This document shows, in pieces, positions 26,943 through 34,730 of a stretch of DNA of 64,000 nucleotides; positions within the stretch are counted from its first letter, which is position 1, and every line of letters starts with the position of its first letter. The notes under the pieces are model-generated. The model did not search any database. It saw only the letters and a list, made by a program, of their open reading frames with translations, and was not told the DNA's origin. Position numbers and translations under genes: made by a program. Source of the DNA: an uncultured Novosphingobium sp. (lineage in GTDB: Bacteria > Pseudomonadota > Alphaproteobacteria > Sphingomonadales > Sphingomonadaceae); contig CALMJG010000020.1 of assembly GCA_937864195.1 (NCBI GenBank), forward strand, positions 945 to 64,944, given 5' to 3'.

Positions 26943-26956
26943 TTGCGCGGGATCAA
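26943..26956 (+). promoter_or_regulatory. Second FNR/FixK-like box, positioned for ompW
   Basis: TTGCGCGGGATCAA has a perfect right half-site and a TTGCG left half. The centre is about 100 bp upstream of the ompW ATG. Confidence 0.5.
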
Positions 26957-27050
26957 TGTTTGCACCTGCGGCATCGGCGCATTGGACGATGAGCGTTGCA
27001 AGCAATAGCCAGGTCGCACGGGGCGGCCATTGCGGCGCGGATGAGGGAAT

Positions 27051-27725
27051 ATGAAAAAGCTGACGATCGCTGCGGCGCTGGCCGCTGCCACGATGCTCGC
27101 GAATCCGGCCTATGCCGGCAACGCGGAAGGCAAGTTCCAGGTCAAGGTCCTGGCCACCGGCGTGCTGCCGGACGGCAAGATCGACAAGATCAACATCAAC
27201 GCCGTCGGCCTGCCCGCGACCTCGCAGACCAAGGCGAACGACAATGTCGTCCCCACGCTCGCGGTTGAATATTTCGCCACGCCGAACGTGTCGATCGAGA
27301 CGATCTGCTGCTTCACCCAGCACCATGTGACCGGCACCGCCGGGATTGCCGGCGCTGACGTGGCCCAGCACGTCCTGATCCTGCCCGCCACCGTCACGCT
27401 GAAGTATCACCTCAACGCCGGACCCATCAAGCCGTACGTCGGCGTTGGCCCCAGCGTGTTCTTCTACTTCGACGAAAAGCCGGGTGCGACCGCCAAGGCC
27501 CTTGGCGCCACTTCGCTGAAGATGGACAACAAGCTGGGCGTCGCGCTTCAGGCCGGTGTCGACGTGCCGATCAACGATGGCGGCATGGGCATCTCGCTGG
27601 ATGCGAAGAAGTATTTCATGAAGACCACCACCCACTTCTACACCGCTGCGGGCGTCGAAGCGCTTTCGACCACCCACAAGCTTGATCCGTGGGTCATTTC
27701 GGGCGGTGTCTACGTCCGCTTCTGA
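27051..27725 (+). CDS. ompW: OmpW-family outer membrane protein
   Basis: 224 aa. Signal peptide ending AYA, alternating beta-strand pattern, C-terminal ...GGVYVRF. Confidence 0.85.
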   Translation: MKKLTIAAALAAATMLANPAYAGNAEGKFQVKVLATGVLPDGKIDKININAVGLPATSQTKANDNVVPTLAVEYFATPNVSIETICCFTQHHVTGTAGIAGADVAQHVLILPATVTLKYHLNAGPIKPYVGVGPSVFFYFDEKPGATAKALGATSLKMDNKLGVALQAGVDVPINDGGMGISLDAKKYFMKTTTHFYTAAGVEALSTTHKLDPWVISGGVYVRF

Positions 27726-27748
27726 TCCGGGTGAAGGCCGGGGCCGGT

Positions 27749-28447
27749 TCAACCTGCCTCGGCCGCCAGCCCTTCGCGGTCGAGGATCACCACCTCGCGC
27801 CGGGAAGGCAGGTCGATCAGGCCATCGGCCTTGAGCCGGGTGAACTGGCGGCTGACGGTTTCGATCGTCAGCCCCAGCACGTCCGCCACCTGCTGGCGCG
27901 AAAACGGCAGGGCAAAGTGGCGCAGCGGCATATCGGGTGCTTCGACGCAGCCGGGCTGGACCAGCCGCTCCGACATTTCGAGCAGGAAGCTCGACACCTT
28001 TTCCCCGGCCGACTTGCGGCCGAGCAGCAGCATCCAGCGGCGCGTCCGGTCCAGTTCGGCCAGAGTGCGCTGAAGCAGCTTGTGTTCAAGGCTGGGGTGT
28101 TCGCGGGCGAAGGCGTCAAAGTCCTTGCGGCTGAACACGCAGACCTTGGCTTCGGTAAGGGCGGTGACGCCGTGGCCGCTGGTCGCGCCAAACGGGCGGC
28201 CAATGAAATCCGAGGGATAGACCACGCCGACGATCTGCTCGCGCCCGTCCTCGGTTCCGGTGGAAAGCTTGAGCACGCCGTCGATGACATTGGCGACGAG
28301 GACCGAATCTTCCCCTTCCCACATCAGCGATTCGCCGGGCGCCAGCGTGCGGCGACGCCCGATATTGTTGAGCGTCTTCAGCTCTTCCCCGTCGAGGGAG
28401 GAACAGATCGCGCGGTTGCGCACGACGCAGGTATCGCAGGCGAGCAT
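27749..28447 (-). CDS. fnrL: Crp/Fnr-family oxygen-responsive regulator (FnrL-type)
   Basis: 232 aa. N-terminal Cys cluster C-x2-C-x7-C (MLACDTCVVRNRAICS) plus a central Cys (KVCVF). cNMP-like domain and C-terminal HTH (RQQVADVLGLTIETVSRQFTRL). Confidence 0.85.
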   Translation of the reverse strand: MLACDTCVVRNRAICSSLDGEELKTLNNIGRRRTLAPGESLMWEGEDSVLVANVIDGVLKLSTGTEDGREQIVGVVYPSDFIGRPFGATSGHGVTALTEAKVCVFSRKDFDAFAREHPSLEHKLLQRTLAELDRTRRWMLLLGRKSAGEKVSSFLLEMSERLVQPGCVEAPDMPLRHFALPFSRQQVADVLGLTIETVSRQFTRLKADGLIDLPSRREVVILDREGLAAEAG

Positions 28448-28506
28448 GGGACACGCCTATGCCGCGCGGCGGGCTTTCGTGCAAGCGGTTCGCACCACGG
28501 TCCGTC

Positions 28507-29250
28507 TCACGGCACTTCCGCGATCCCGGCCAGGGCGCTGCGCAGCCGGTCCAGCGCCTGGGCCTTGAGCTGGTGCACGCGCGGCACCGAAACGGCCAGG
28601 GTTTCCGCGATTTCGGAAAGATTTAGCTCTTCCACGAAGTAGAGCTGGACGATCAGTTGCAGTCGCTCCGGCAGGGCCGCGATGGCGGCGGCAACCTGGC
28701 CGCGCATTTCCTCGCTGGCCAGCAACTCCAGGCTGTCGGGGCGTTCGTCGGCGAAGGCCATGTCGCTATCGGAATAGGCCTCGTCGAGCGAGTCGAAGCG
28801 CAGCGCCGCGCTGCTGCTCTGCCAGCCGGCAAGCTCGCGGGCCGGGATGCCCAGCGCGGCGGCCAGCTCCGCCGGGCAGGCCTCGCGCCCCAGTTCCAGA
28901 CGCAGCGCGGCTTGCGCGTCGCGCAGCTGGCGGCGGCGTTCCACCCCCCCGCGCGACAGCGGCACCGCGCGGCGGATCAGATCGACCATCGCTCCGCGCA
29001 CACGCAGTTTGGCATAGGCGGCAAAGCCGTCTTCGCCGGGGCCGGCATGGCGCTGGGCGGCCTCGGTCAGGGCGACCATCCCGGCCTGCATCAGGTCTTC
29101 CAGCTCGATTCCGGGCCGCCCGCCGCCGTGGACGTGCCAGGCGAGGCGCCGGACCATGGGGACAAAGCGGCGGATGCGTTCCGCAGCATCGCTGCGATAG
29201 GCGCCGGCAACCTTGCGGGCATGGGTGAAACTGCGGTGATCCTGCTTCAT
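28507..29250 (-). CDS. fliA: Flagellar RNA polymerase sigma factor (sigma-28)
   Basis: 247 aa. Sigma-70 regions 2-4 of FliA type (…LMQAGMVALTEAAQR…, …LNLSEIAETLAVSVPRVHQLKAQAL…). ATGA overlap with the flhA stop. Confidence 0.85.
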   Translation of the reverse strand: MKQDHRSFTHARKVAGAYRSDAAERIRRFVPMVRRLAWHVHGGGRPGIELEDLMQAGMVALTEAAQRHAGPGEDGFAAYAKLRVRGAMVDLIRRAVPLSRGGVERRRQLRDAQAALRLELGREACPAELAAALGIPARELAGWQSSSAALRFDSLDEAYSDSDMAFADERPDSLELLASEEMRGQVAAAIAALPERLQLIVQLYFVEELNLSEIAETLAVSVPRVHQLKAQALDRLRSALAGIAEVP

Positions 29251-31346
29251 GCTGCAAGACTTTCAGGCTCGGGAAGGGAAGGAAGCGGCGGGGGCGCACC
29301 GATGACCGAGATCACCTCGATCGGCTGCGACACCGGCAGTTCGGCGATCGACAGGACCAGCACCGATGGCGCGCGCAGCTTCAGCAGCGCGGCGAGCGTT
29401 CGGCGCGCGCGCGGCTGGACCACCAGCGCCAGCGGCGGCGCATGGGCTCCGCGCTGGGCAACCAGGGCGGCGATATGCTCGCCGATCGAGCGGGCGAGTT
29501 CCGGCTCGACCACGGGCTGGCCGGTCGCGGGATCGGTCAGCCCCTGGACGATCGCGGCTTCCAGCTGCGCATCCAGCGTCAGCACCGGCAGGCGCTCGCC
29601 GGGGGCGCAGATGCGGCCCACCAGCAGGGCGCCCAGTTCCGCGCGCAGCATTTCGACCAGGCGCTCGTGATCCTGGGTCTGCTGGACCGCAAGGCTGAGC
29701 GCGGACAGGATCGGCAGCGGGTGGCCGATGGGAATCCCGTCCTCCAGCAAGGCGCGCAGCAGCCGGGTCAGCGCGGCGAGCGACAGCGGGTGCGGATAGA
29801 CCGTCTCGACCAGGCCCGAGGCGTGTTCCTTGACCGCGTCGAGGATCGCGCGGACCTCGTCCGGGCCAAGCAGGGCCTGCGGGCGTTCGCCCAGCAGCTG
29901 GTTGAGCTGGGTGGCGATCACCGTGCTGGCGTCCACGGTAAGGAAACCCTCGGCAATCGCGTGGTCGCGCTGCGCCGGATCGATCCACAGCGCCGGGCAG
30001 CCGAAGCTGGGATCGATCCCGGGATCGCCGGTCAGCTTGTGATCCTCGCGCACTTCGCCCGCGTCGATCGCCAGTATCCGGTCGGGGCGGATCATGCCCC
30101 CGCCCAGCGGCACGCCGCCCAGCAGGATGCGGTAGTCGTTGGGGGCGATATCGAAGGAATCGCGCACCCGGAACTGCGGCAGGACAAAGCCGAAGCCCTG
30201 GCTGAGCTGCTTGCGCACGCCGGTAACGCGCGCCACCAGCGGCGAGCCGCGCCGTTCATCCACCAGGTGGACCAGGCCATAGCCCAGCTCGATGGTGACA
30301 AGCGTGTGGTCCGACACGTCGGCCAGCACGACCCGGCCCGGATCGGCGGGTTCCTGCACCTCCTCCACCGTGACCGGCGGGCGCGCGGCGCGTTTGGACA
30401 GCGCGTGCCATAGCCAGAAGGCCAGCCCTGCGGCGGGCAGGAAGATGGTCTGCGGCATGGCCGGGATCACGCCGATCGCGGTCAGGATCACCGCCACCGG
30501 CAACCAGGTGCCGGGATTGGCGAGCTGGCCGCCGATCTGCCCGGCAAGGTCGCGGCTGTCGGACACGCGGGTGACGATCACCGCCGCCGCGATCGACAGC
30601 AGCAGCGATGGCACCTGCGCGACCAGCGCATCGCCCACGGCCAGGGTGATGTACTTTTCCGCCGCCTCGCCCGCCGACAGGCCGTGGCTGATCATGCCCA
30701 GGCAGAAGCCGGCGATGATGTTGACCCCCAGGATCAGCAGCGCGGCGATGGCATCGCCCTTCACGAACTTGCTGGCGCCGTCCATCGAGCCATAGAAATC
30801 GGCCTCGGTCGCCACTTCGCGGCGGCGCGCCTTGGCTTCGTCGGCGGTGAGCAGGCCTGCGGCAAGATCGGCGTCGATCGCCATCTGCTTGCCCGGCAAG
30901 GCGTCGAGCGTGAAGCGCGCCGAGACTTCCGACACGCGCCCCGCGCCCTTGGTGACCACCACCATGTTGATGATCATCAGGATCATGAACACGAACAGGC
31001 CGACCGCGAAATTGCCCCCCACCAGGAAGGCGCCGAACGCCTCGATCACGTGGCCCGCCGCCGCCCCGCCCTCGTGCCCGCTGACCAGCACGACGCGGGT
31101 CGAGGCGACGTTGAGCGCCAGGCGCAGCAGCGTGGCGAACAGCAGGACCGAAGGGAAGGCGCTGAAATCCAGCGGCTTTTCCGCGTTCATCGCCGCCATC
31201 AGGATCGCTACCGACAGCGCGATGTTGAGCACGAAGAACACGTCGAGCAGCAGCGCCGGGGTCGGCACGATCATCAGGCAGATGAGCGTCAGGATGCCGA
31301 AGGGCAGCGCGAGCGCGGCGGGCTTTACCCCGCTCAGCAGGGTCAC
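29247..31346 (-). CDS. flhA: Flagellar export apparatus protein FlhA
   Basis: 699 aa. Typical FlhA TM region and FHIPEP motifs (…VVTKGAGRVSEVSARFTLDALPGKQMAIDADL…). GTG start in a GTGA overlap with the upstream gene. Confidence 0.95.
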   Translation of the reverse strand: MTLLSGVKPAALALPFGILTLICLMIVPTPALLLDVFFVLNIALSVAILMAAMNAEKPLDFSAFPSVLLFATLLRLALNVASTRVVLVSGHEGGAAAGHVIEAFGAFLVGGNFAVGLFVFMILMIINMVVVTKGAGRVSEVSARFTLDALPGKQMAIDADLAAGLLTADEAKARRREVATEADFYGSMDGASKFVKGDAIAALLILGVNIIAGFCLGMISHGLSAGEAAEKYITLAVGDALVAQVPSLLLSIAAAVIVTRVSDSRDLAGQIGGQLANPGTWLPVAVILTAIGVIPAMPQTIFLPAAGLAFWLWHALSKRAARPPVTVEEVQEPADPGRVVLADVSDHTLVTIELGYGLVHLVDERRGSPLVARVTGVRKQLSQGFGFVLPQFRVRDSFDIAPNDYRILLGGVPLGGGMIRPDRILAIDAGEVREDHKLTGDPGIDPSFGCPALWIDPAQRDHAIAEGFLTVDASTVIATQLNQLLGERPQALLGPDEVRAILDAVKEHASGLVETVYPHPLSLAALTRLLRALLEDGIPIGHPLPILSALSLAVQQTQDHERLVEMLRAELGALLVGRICAPGERLPVLTLDAQLEAAIVQGLTDPATGQPVVEPELARSIGEHIAALVAQRGAHAPPLALVVQPRARRTLAALLKLRAPSVLVLSIAELPVSQPIEVISVIGAPPPLPSLPEPESLAA

Positions 31347-32200
31347 AGCCCGAACGCCCGCAGCTGCCCATAGGCCGCGCGGACGCGGTCAGGCATGGCA
31401 TCGCCCGCCCCGAAGGTCGCGGCGAGGGTTTCGGCCATCGACGGGCGCGGGGCTGGCGGCGCGGCAGCGGCTGGGGGGGAGGTGCTCCAGGCCGGCGGCG
31501 GGGTCCAGGCGGGGGCTTGCCAGCCGCCTGCCCCGGCCAGCGCGGGGGCCGGGGCGGCTCCGGTCGCCTCCATCGCGCCGGCCATCTTGCCGCGCATCAG
31601 GTCCATCACGGCGCCGACCGAACGCGGCGCGCCGCCCGGGCCATAGAAGATCGCCCGGTTGGCCGAAGCCGCGCGGGGCAGCAGCGCTGCGGCGCTTTGC
31701 GCGGGATCGGCGGCCAGCGCGGAGAGGAACCGCCCTGCCCCCTCGGCCCCCAGGAAATGGGCCATGTACAGCTCGGCCGCATCGGGTTCGCGCCCCAGCA
31801 CGCCTTTCAGCGCCGCGCCGTTATCGGCAGCCAGTTCGGCGGCCATCCGCGCGGAAAGTTCGGGATCGTGGCGCATCGCCAGCAACTGCTGGCGCAGCGC
31901 CGGATCGGCCACCCGGCCATCGTCGATCGCGGCCTCGGCCCAGGGCAGGCCATGCTCGGCGCCGTGGGCATCCAGGGTGGATAGCCAGGTGCCCTTGGTG
32001 AACTGGTACAGCCCCGCCGCGCTCGACGTGCCGGCGCGGGCCGAGGGGTTGAGGCCGGATTCGATCCGGGCCTGGGCCAGCAGATAGCCGAAATCGACTC
32101 CCGTGGCATTGGCGGCGCGGGAAATCGCGCCCCGCACATCAGGACGCGCGGCACCGGCGGCTGCGGCAGAGGGGACGACAATGGTTCCAGGCTGGCTCAA
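31343..32200 (-). CDS. Flagellum-associated lytic transglycosylase (SLT domain) with Pro/Ala-rich C-terminus
   Basis: 285 aa. SLT catalytic region FGYLLAQARIESGLNPSARAGTSSAAGLYQFTKGTW. The apparent start codon is TTG (32200), with GGGAG 9 nt upstream. First gene of the slt-flhA-fliA unit. Confidence 0.75.
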   Translation of the reverse strand: MSQPGTIVVPSAAAAGAARPDVRGAISRAANATGVDFGYLLAQARIESGLNPSARAGTSSAAGLYQFTKGTWLSTLDAHGAEHGLPWAEAAIDDGRVADPALRQQLLAMRHDPELSARMAAELAADNGAALKGVLGREPDAAELYMAHFLGAEGAGRFLSALAADPAQSAAALLPRAASANRAIFYGPGGAPRSVGAVMDLMRGKMAGAMEATGAAPAPALAGAGGWQAPAWTPPPAWSTSPPAAAAPPAPRPSMAETLAATFGAGDAMPDRVRAAYGQLRAFGL

Positions 32201-32238
32201 GCCAAACTCCCGATGCGGTTGAACATCGGAAGGGTTTC

Positions 32239-32254
32239 AGCAAGGGCCGTGCCA
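32239..32254 (-). promoter_or_regulatory. Sigma-54 (-24/-12) promoter for slt-flhA-fliA
   Basis: The minus strand reads TGGCACGGCCCTTGCT (GG-N10-GC with full TGGCAC-N5-TTGC consensus), about 40 bp upstream of the TTG start. Confidence 0.7.
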
Positions 32255-32265
32255 ATCCGCTCCGG

Positions 32266-32625
32266 TCAGGGGCGCTGGCTGGCCCAGGCATAGGCCGGGC
32301 GGCTGGCTGCTCCGGCCCGGTAAAGCGCCGGACTGCCGGTCAGCGCATCCAGCCGCGCCGCGACATTGGCGGCGATCAGGTTGCGAACCTGCCGGTTTAC
32401 CTCGTTCAAGCGGCGCGCGGCATCGAGCAGCCCGCGGCATTCCTCGTCGATCGAATCGCCCTCGATCAGGTGGGCCGACTGGTCGAGCGTGCCGCACAGC
32501 GCGTGCTTGTCGTGCGCGCAGCCCATGATCGCATCCAGGTCCAGCCCGGCAAGCGCCTGCCGCTCGGCCTGCAGGACGGCAATCATCTGCCGCAGGTTCT
32601 CGCGCATGGTGGCAGGTACGCTCAT
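32266..32625 (-). CDS. flgN: FlgN-like flagellar export chaperone
   Basis: 119 aa helical protein (LRQMIAVLQAERQALAGLDLDAI…) immediately after flgM with overlapping codons. The position matches the flgAMN order. Confidence 0.55.
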   Translation of the reverse strand: MSVPATMRENLRQMIAVLQAERQALAGLDLDAIMGCAHDKHALCGTLDQSAHLIEGDSIDEECRGLLDAARRLNEVNRQVRNLIAANVAARLDALTGSPALYRAGAASRPAYAWASQRP

Positions 32626-32933
32626 TTGCCGCTCCTCAGAAGATAGCCCGCCGCGATCATCGCGTCGGCAACACGCATCGGGATGACCGGGTAATTGCCG
32701 GATTCGATCGCCTTGCGGATCGTCGCGACCCGTTCGGCATCAACTGGCGGCTGGCCGGGATCGAGCACCTCGCTGCGCGCCACGGTTGCGGATGCAGATG
32801 CAGGCGCGGGGCCGGACGCGGCGGCAGTAGCGGCGGCGGGGGCAGCCTCGGCGCTGCCGGTCATGCGCCGGTCTACCGCGCCAGGCGCGCGAGCCGCCTG
32901 CGGACCCTGGGGGCCGAAATCGATGGGTGGCAT
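32622..32933 (-). CDS. flgM: Anti-sigma-28 factor FlgM
   Basis: 103 aa, disordered Ala/Pro-rich N-half. C-terminal FlgM motif VDAERVATIRKAIESGNYPVIPMRVADAMI. Confidence 0.8.
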   Translation of the reverse strand: MPPIDFGPQGPQAARAPGAVDRRMTGSAEAAPAAATAAASGPAPASASATVARSEVLDPGQPPVDAERVATIRKAIESGNYPVIPMRVADAMIAAGYLLRSGK

Positions 32934-32963
32934 GGTGCCGCTCCTGATTGCTTCTCACATCCC

Positions 32964-32990
32964 AGAACGGCAGGTGCCGCCCGCCTTTAA
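32964..32990 (-). promoter_or_regulatory. Sigma-28-type promoter for flgM-flgN
   Basis: The minus strand reads TTAA-aggcgggcggcacct-GCCGTTCT (TTAA-N15-GCCGTTCT; compare enteric TAAA-N15-GCCGATAA). The -10 element ends 30 nt before the ATG, and RBS AGGAG lies in between. Confidence 0.6.
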
Positions 32991-33014
32991 GGGGCGGCGG
33001 CAAGTGTCTGCCGC

Positions 33015-33518
33015 CTACGGCAGGTCAATGCCGACCAGGCCCGGACGCAGCACGCGCCCGCGCAGCACCTGCGCACCCTGGCCTGCTCCGCGCACCTTGA
33101 TCCAGGCGCCCTCGGCCCCGGATTCAAGTGCTTCGCCGCCCTGCGAGACGGTAAAGCCCTGGCCCGTCACCGCGATCGTCACCGCATCGCCGCGCGACAC
33201 CAGCGGGGCGGCGGCCGCGTCGCGCGCAGTGCCTGCCAGTGGCACGTAGATCCGCCAGCCGGGCGCGGAGGGGCAGCGTACCTCGACCATGTCCTGCCGG
33301 GAACCATACCAGCCGAGCGCCAGCGGCGCGGCGCAGGCCGCCAGCCGCAGCCGCCGATCTACCGGCTGGGCCGCGCCCCCGGTCCCTCCCGCCCCGACAC
33401 CGGCAAAGGCGGCGACCGCACGGTCGATCGCGGCCAGGTCGGCCAGCGGCTGGGCGGCTGCGGGTGCGGCTGCGGGTGCGGCGACCAGCGCCAGCGGACT
33501 AAGATAGCGAAACATCAT
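33015..33518 (-). CDS. flgA: Flagellar P-ring assembly chaperone FlgA
   Basis: 167 aa. Signal peptide and C-terminal SAF/FlgA motif (GDAVTIAVTGQGFTVSQGGEALESGAEGAWIKVRGAGQGAQVLRGRV). Confidence 0.8.
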   Translation of the reverse strand: MMFRYLSPLALVAAPAAAPAAAQPLADLAAIDRAVAAFAGVGAGGTGGAAQPVDRRLRLAACAAPLALGWYGSRQDMVEVRCPSAPGWRIYVPLAGTARDAAAAPLVSRGDAVTIAVTGQGFTVSQGGEALESGAEGAWIKVRGAGQGAQVLRGRVLRPGLVGIDLP

Positions 33519-33937
33519 GGTTGCGGCTCCTGCGGATTGCCGGACTGGTTCAGCAAGGGCCGTGCCAGCGCCGGGTCTTGATCAAAGGTCAGCGCGGCAT
33601 AGGGCTGGCCCGCCCGCTGCGGCTCGATCAGCACCCGCGCGGGGCGCCCCGCCCCCGCCGCGAGCGTCAGCGCGGCCTGCGCCGAAGGCTGGGGCGCAAT
33701 GATGGTCAGGCGCTGGCGCGGATCGCTGCCCTGCCCGTCCAGCCAGGCGCGCAGCGCGGCGGGATCGGTGCCGCGCCACACCGCCACCGGATCGCCCAGC
33801 GCGGGCAGTGCGGCTTTCAGCGGCGGCGCAGCTGGCGGCGCTGGCGCATCGCCCACCGCCGCAGCGCTGATCATGAACAGGACCATCGAAAGGTCGGCCA
33901 TCAGGGTCTGCCAGCCGCTGCCGATCCGCGCGTTCAC
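33515..33937 (-). CDS. MotB-N-terminal-like single-pass membrane protein lacking an OmpA-like domain
   Basis: 140 aa. GTG start in a GTGA overlap with the upstream MotA-like gene. GWQTLMADLSMVLFMISAAAV parallels the canonical MotB segment AWKVAYADFVTAMMAFF, including the Asp. The remainder is an Ala/Pro/Gln-rich region with no recognisable peptidoglycan-binding motif. Confidence 0.55.
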   Translation of the reverse strand: MNARIGSGWQTLMADLSMVLFMISAAAVGDAPAPPAAPPLKAALPALGDPVAVWRGTDPAALRAWLDGQGSDPRQRLTIIAPQPSAQAALTLAAGAGRPARVLIEPQRAGQPYAALTFDQDPALARPLLNQSGNPQEPQP

Positions 33938-34593
33938 GCGGCGGCCTGCACGGGCGCGCTTTCGCCGCGGCGCGGCATCGACGGGGCAAGCTGGGCCGCC
34001 AGCCAGTCGATCACCGCCTGCCGCTCGGCCTCCTCGGCCTGGGCAGCACGCTCGACGATCCGGGCCAGCGGCGCGAGGACCAGGTTGGAGAGCAGCAGGC
34101 CGTAGAGCGTCGTCACCACCGCCATGGCGATGGCCCCGGCCATCCCGGCGCGCATGGTCCCGTCCATCGGCATCTGGCTGAGCGAGATAAGCGTGCCGGC
34201 AAGGCCAAACACCGGCGCCAGTTCCGCAGCCTGCGCCAGCGTTCGCACCGCGCGCTCGCTTTGCGCCAGGCGGCGGGCGCGGTGCGCGGTGTGGCGCTCA
34301 AGCAGCGCCTCAAGCGAGCGAGCGCCGATCAGCGCATCGGTCACTTCGGCAAATTCGCGGTCGTCGAAATGGTGCGGCTGGACGCGCAGCAGGCCGTCCT
34401 GGCGGATCTCCTGCACCTGCAAGGCCAGTTCCGCGCGGGTCGCGGCGGCATCGAAGCGCCGCTGGCCGAGCTGCCAGAGCTTGGCGAGGGTCAGGCGGCA
34501 GTCCCCAAGGCCCGCACGCAGCAGCGTGGCCAGCGCGGTTCCGCCCAGCACGATAGCCGCCGAGGGCCCATCGATCAGGATCGCGAAGTTCAT
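33934..34593 (-). CDS. MotA/TolQ/ExbB-family proton-channel protein (3-TM type)
   Basis: Start trimmed to ATG 34593, with RBS GAAGGAGC upstream. 219 aa. PSAAIVLGGTALATLL aligns with TM2 of the canonical MotA in this window. The C-terminal helix pair is LAPVFGLAGTLISL / AIAMAVVTTLYGLLLSNLVLAPL. Confidence 0.7.
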   Translation of the reverse strand: MNFAILIDGPSAAIVLGGTALATLLRAGLGDCRLTLAKLWQLGQRRFDAAATRAELALQVQEIRQDGLLRVQPHHFDDREFAEVTDALIGARSLEALLERHTAHRARRLAQSERAVRTLAQAAELAPVFGLAGTLISLSQMPMDGTMRAGMAGAIAMAVVTTLYGLLLSNLVLAPLARIVERAAQAEEAERQAVIDWLAAQLAPSMPRRGESAPVQAAA

Positions 34594-34618
34594 GGGACGA
34601 AAGCTCCTTCGCCCCTCT

Positions 34619-34645
34619 CGAACGGCAGGGCGCGGCGGCAATTCA
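34619..34645 (-). promoter_or_regulatory. Sigma-28-like promoter for the MotA-like/MotB-like(-flgA) unit
   Basis: The minus strand reads TGAA-ttgccgccgcgccct-GCCGTTCG. Spacing is the same as in the flgM, fliC and fliD motifs, with one mismatch in each element. It ends 25 nt before the ATG. Confidence 0.45.
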
Positions 34646-34730
34646 CCCCTTGGCGCAACTTTGCCGGAACGCGGCAGGATCTTGCCGGCAGGCACGGCGC
34701 AAAGGCCCGGAAACGCCCGCTTTCGGCACT

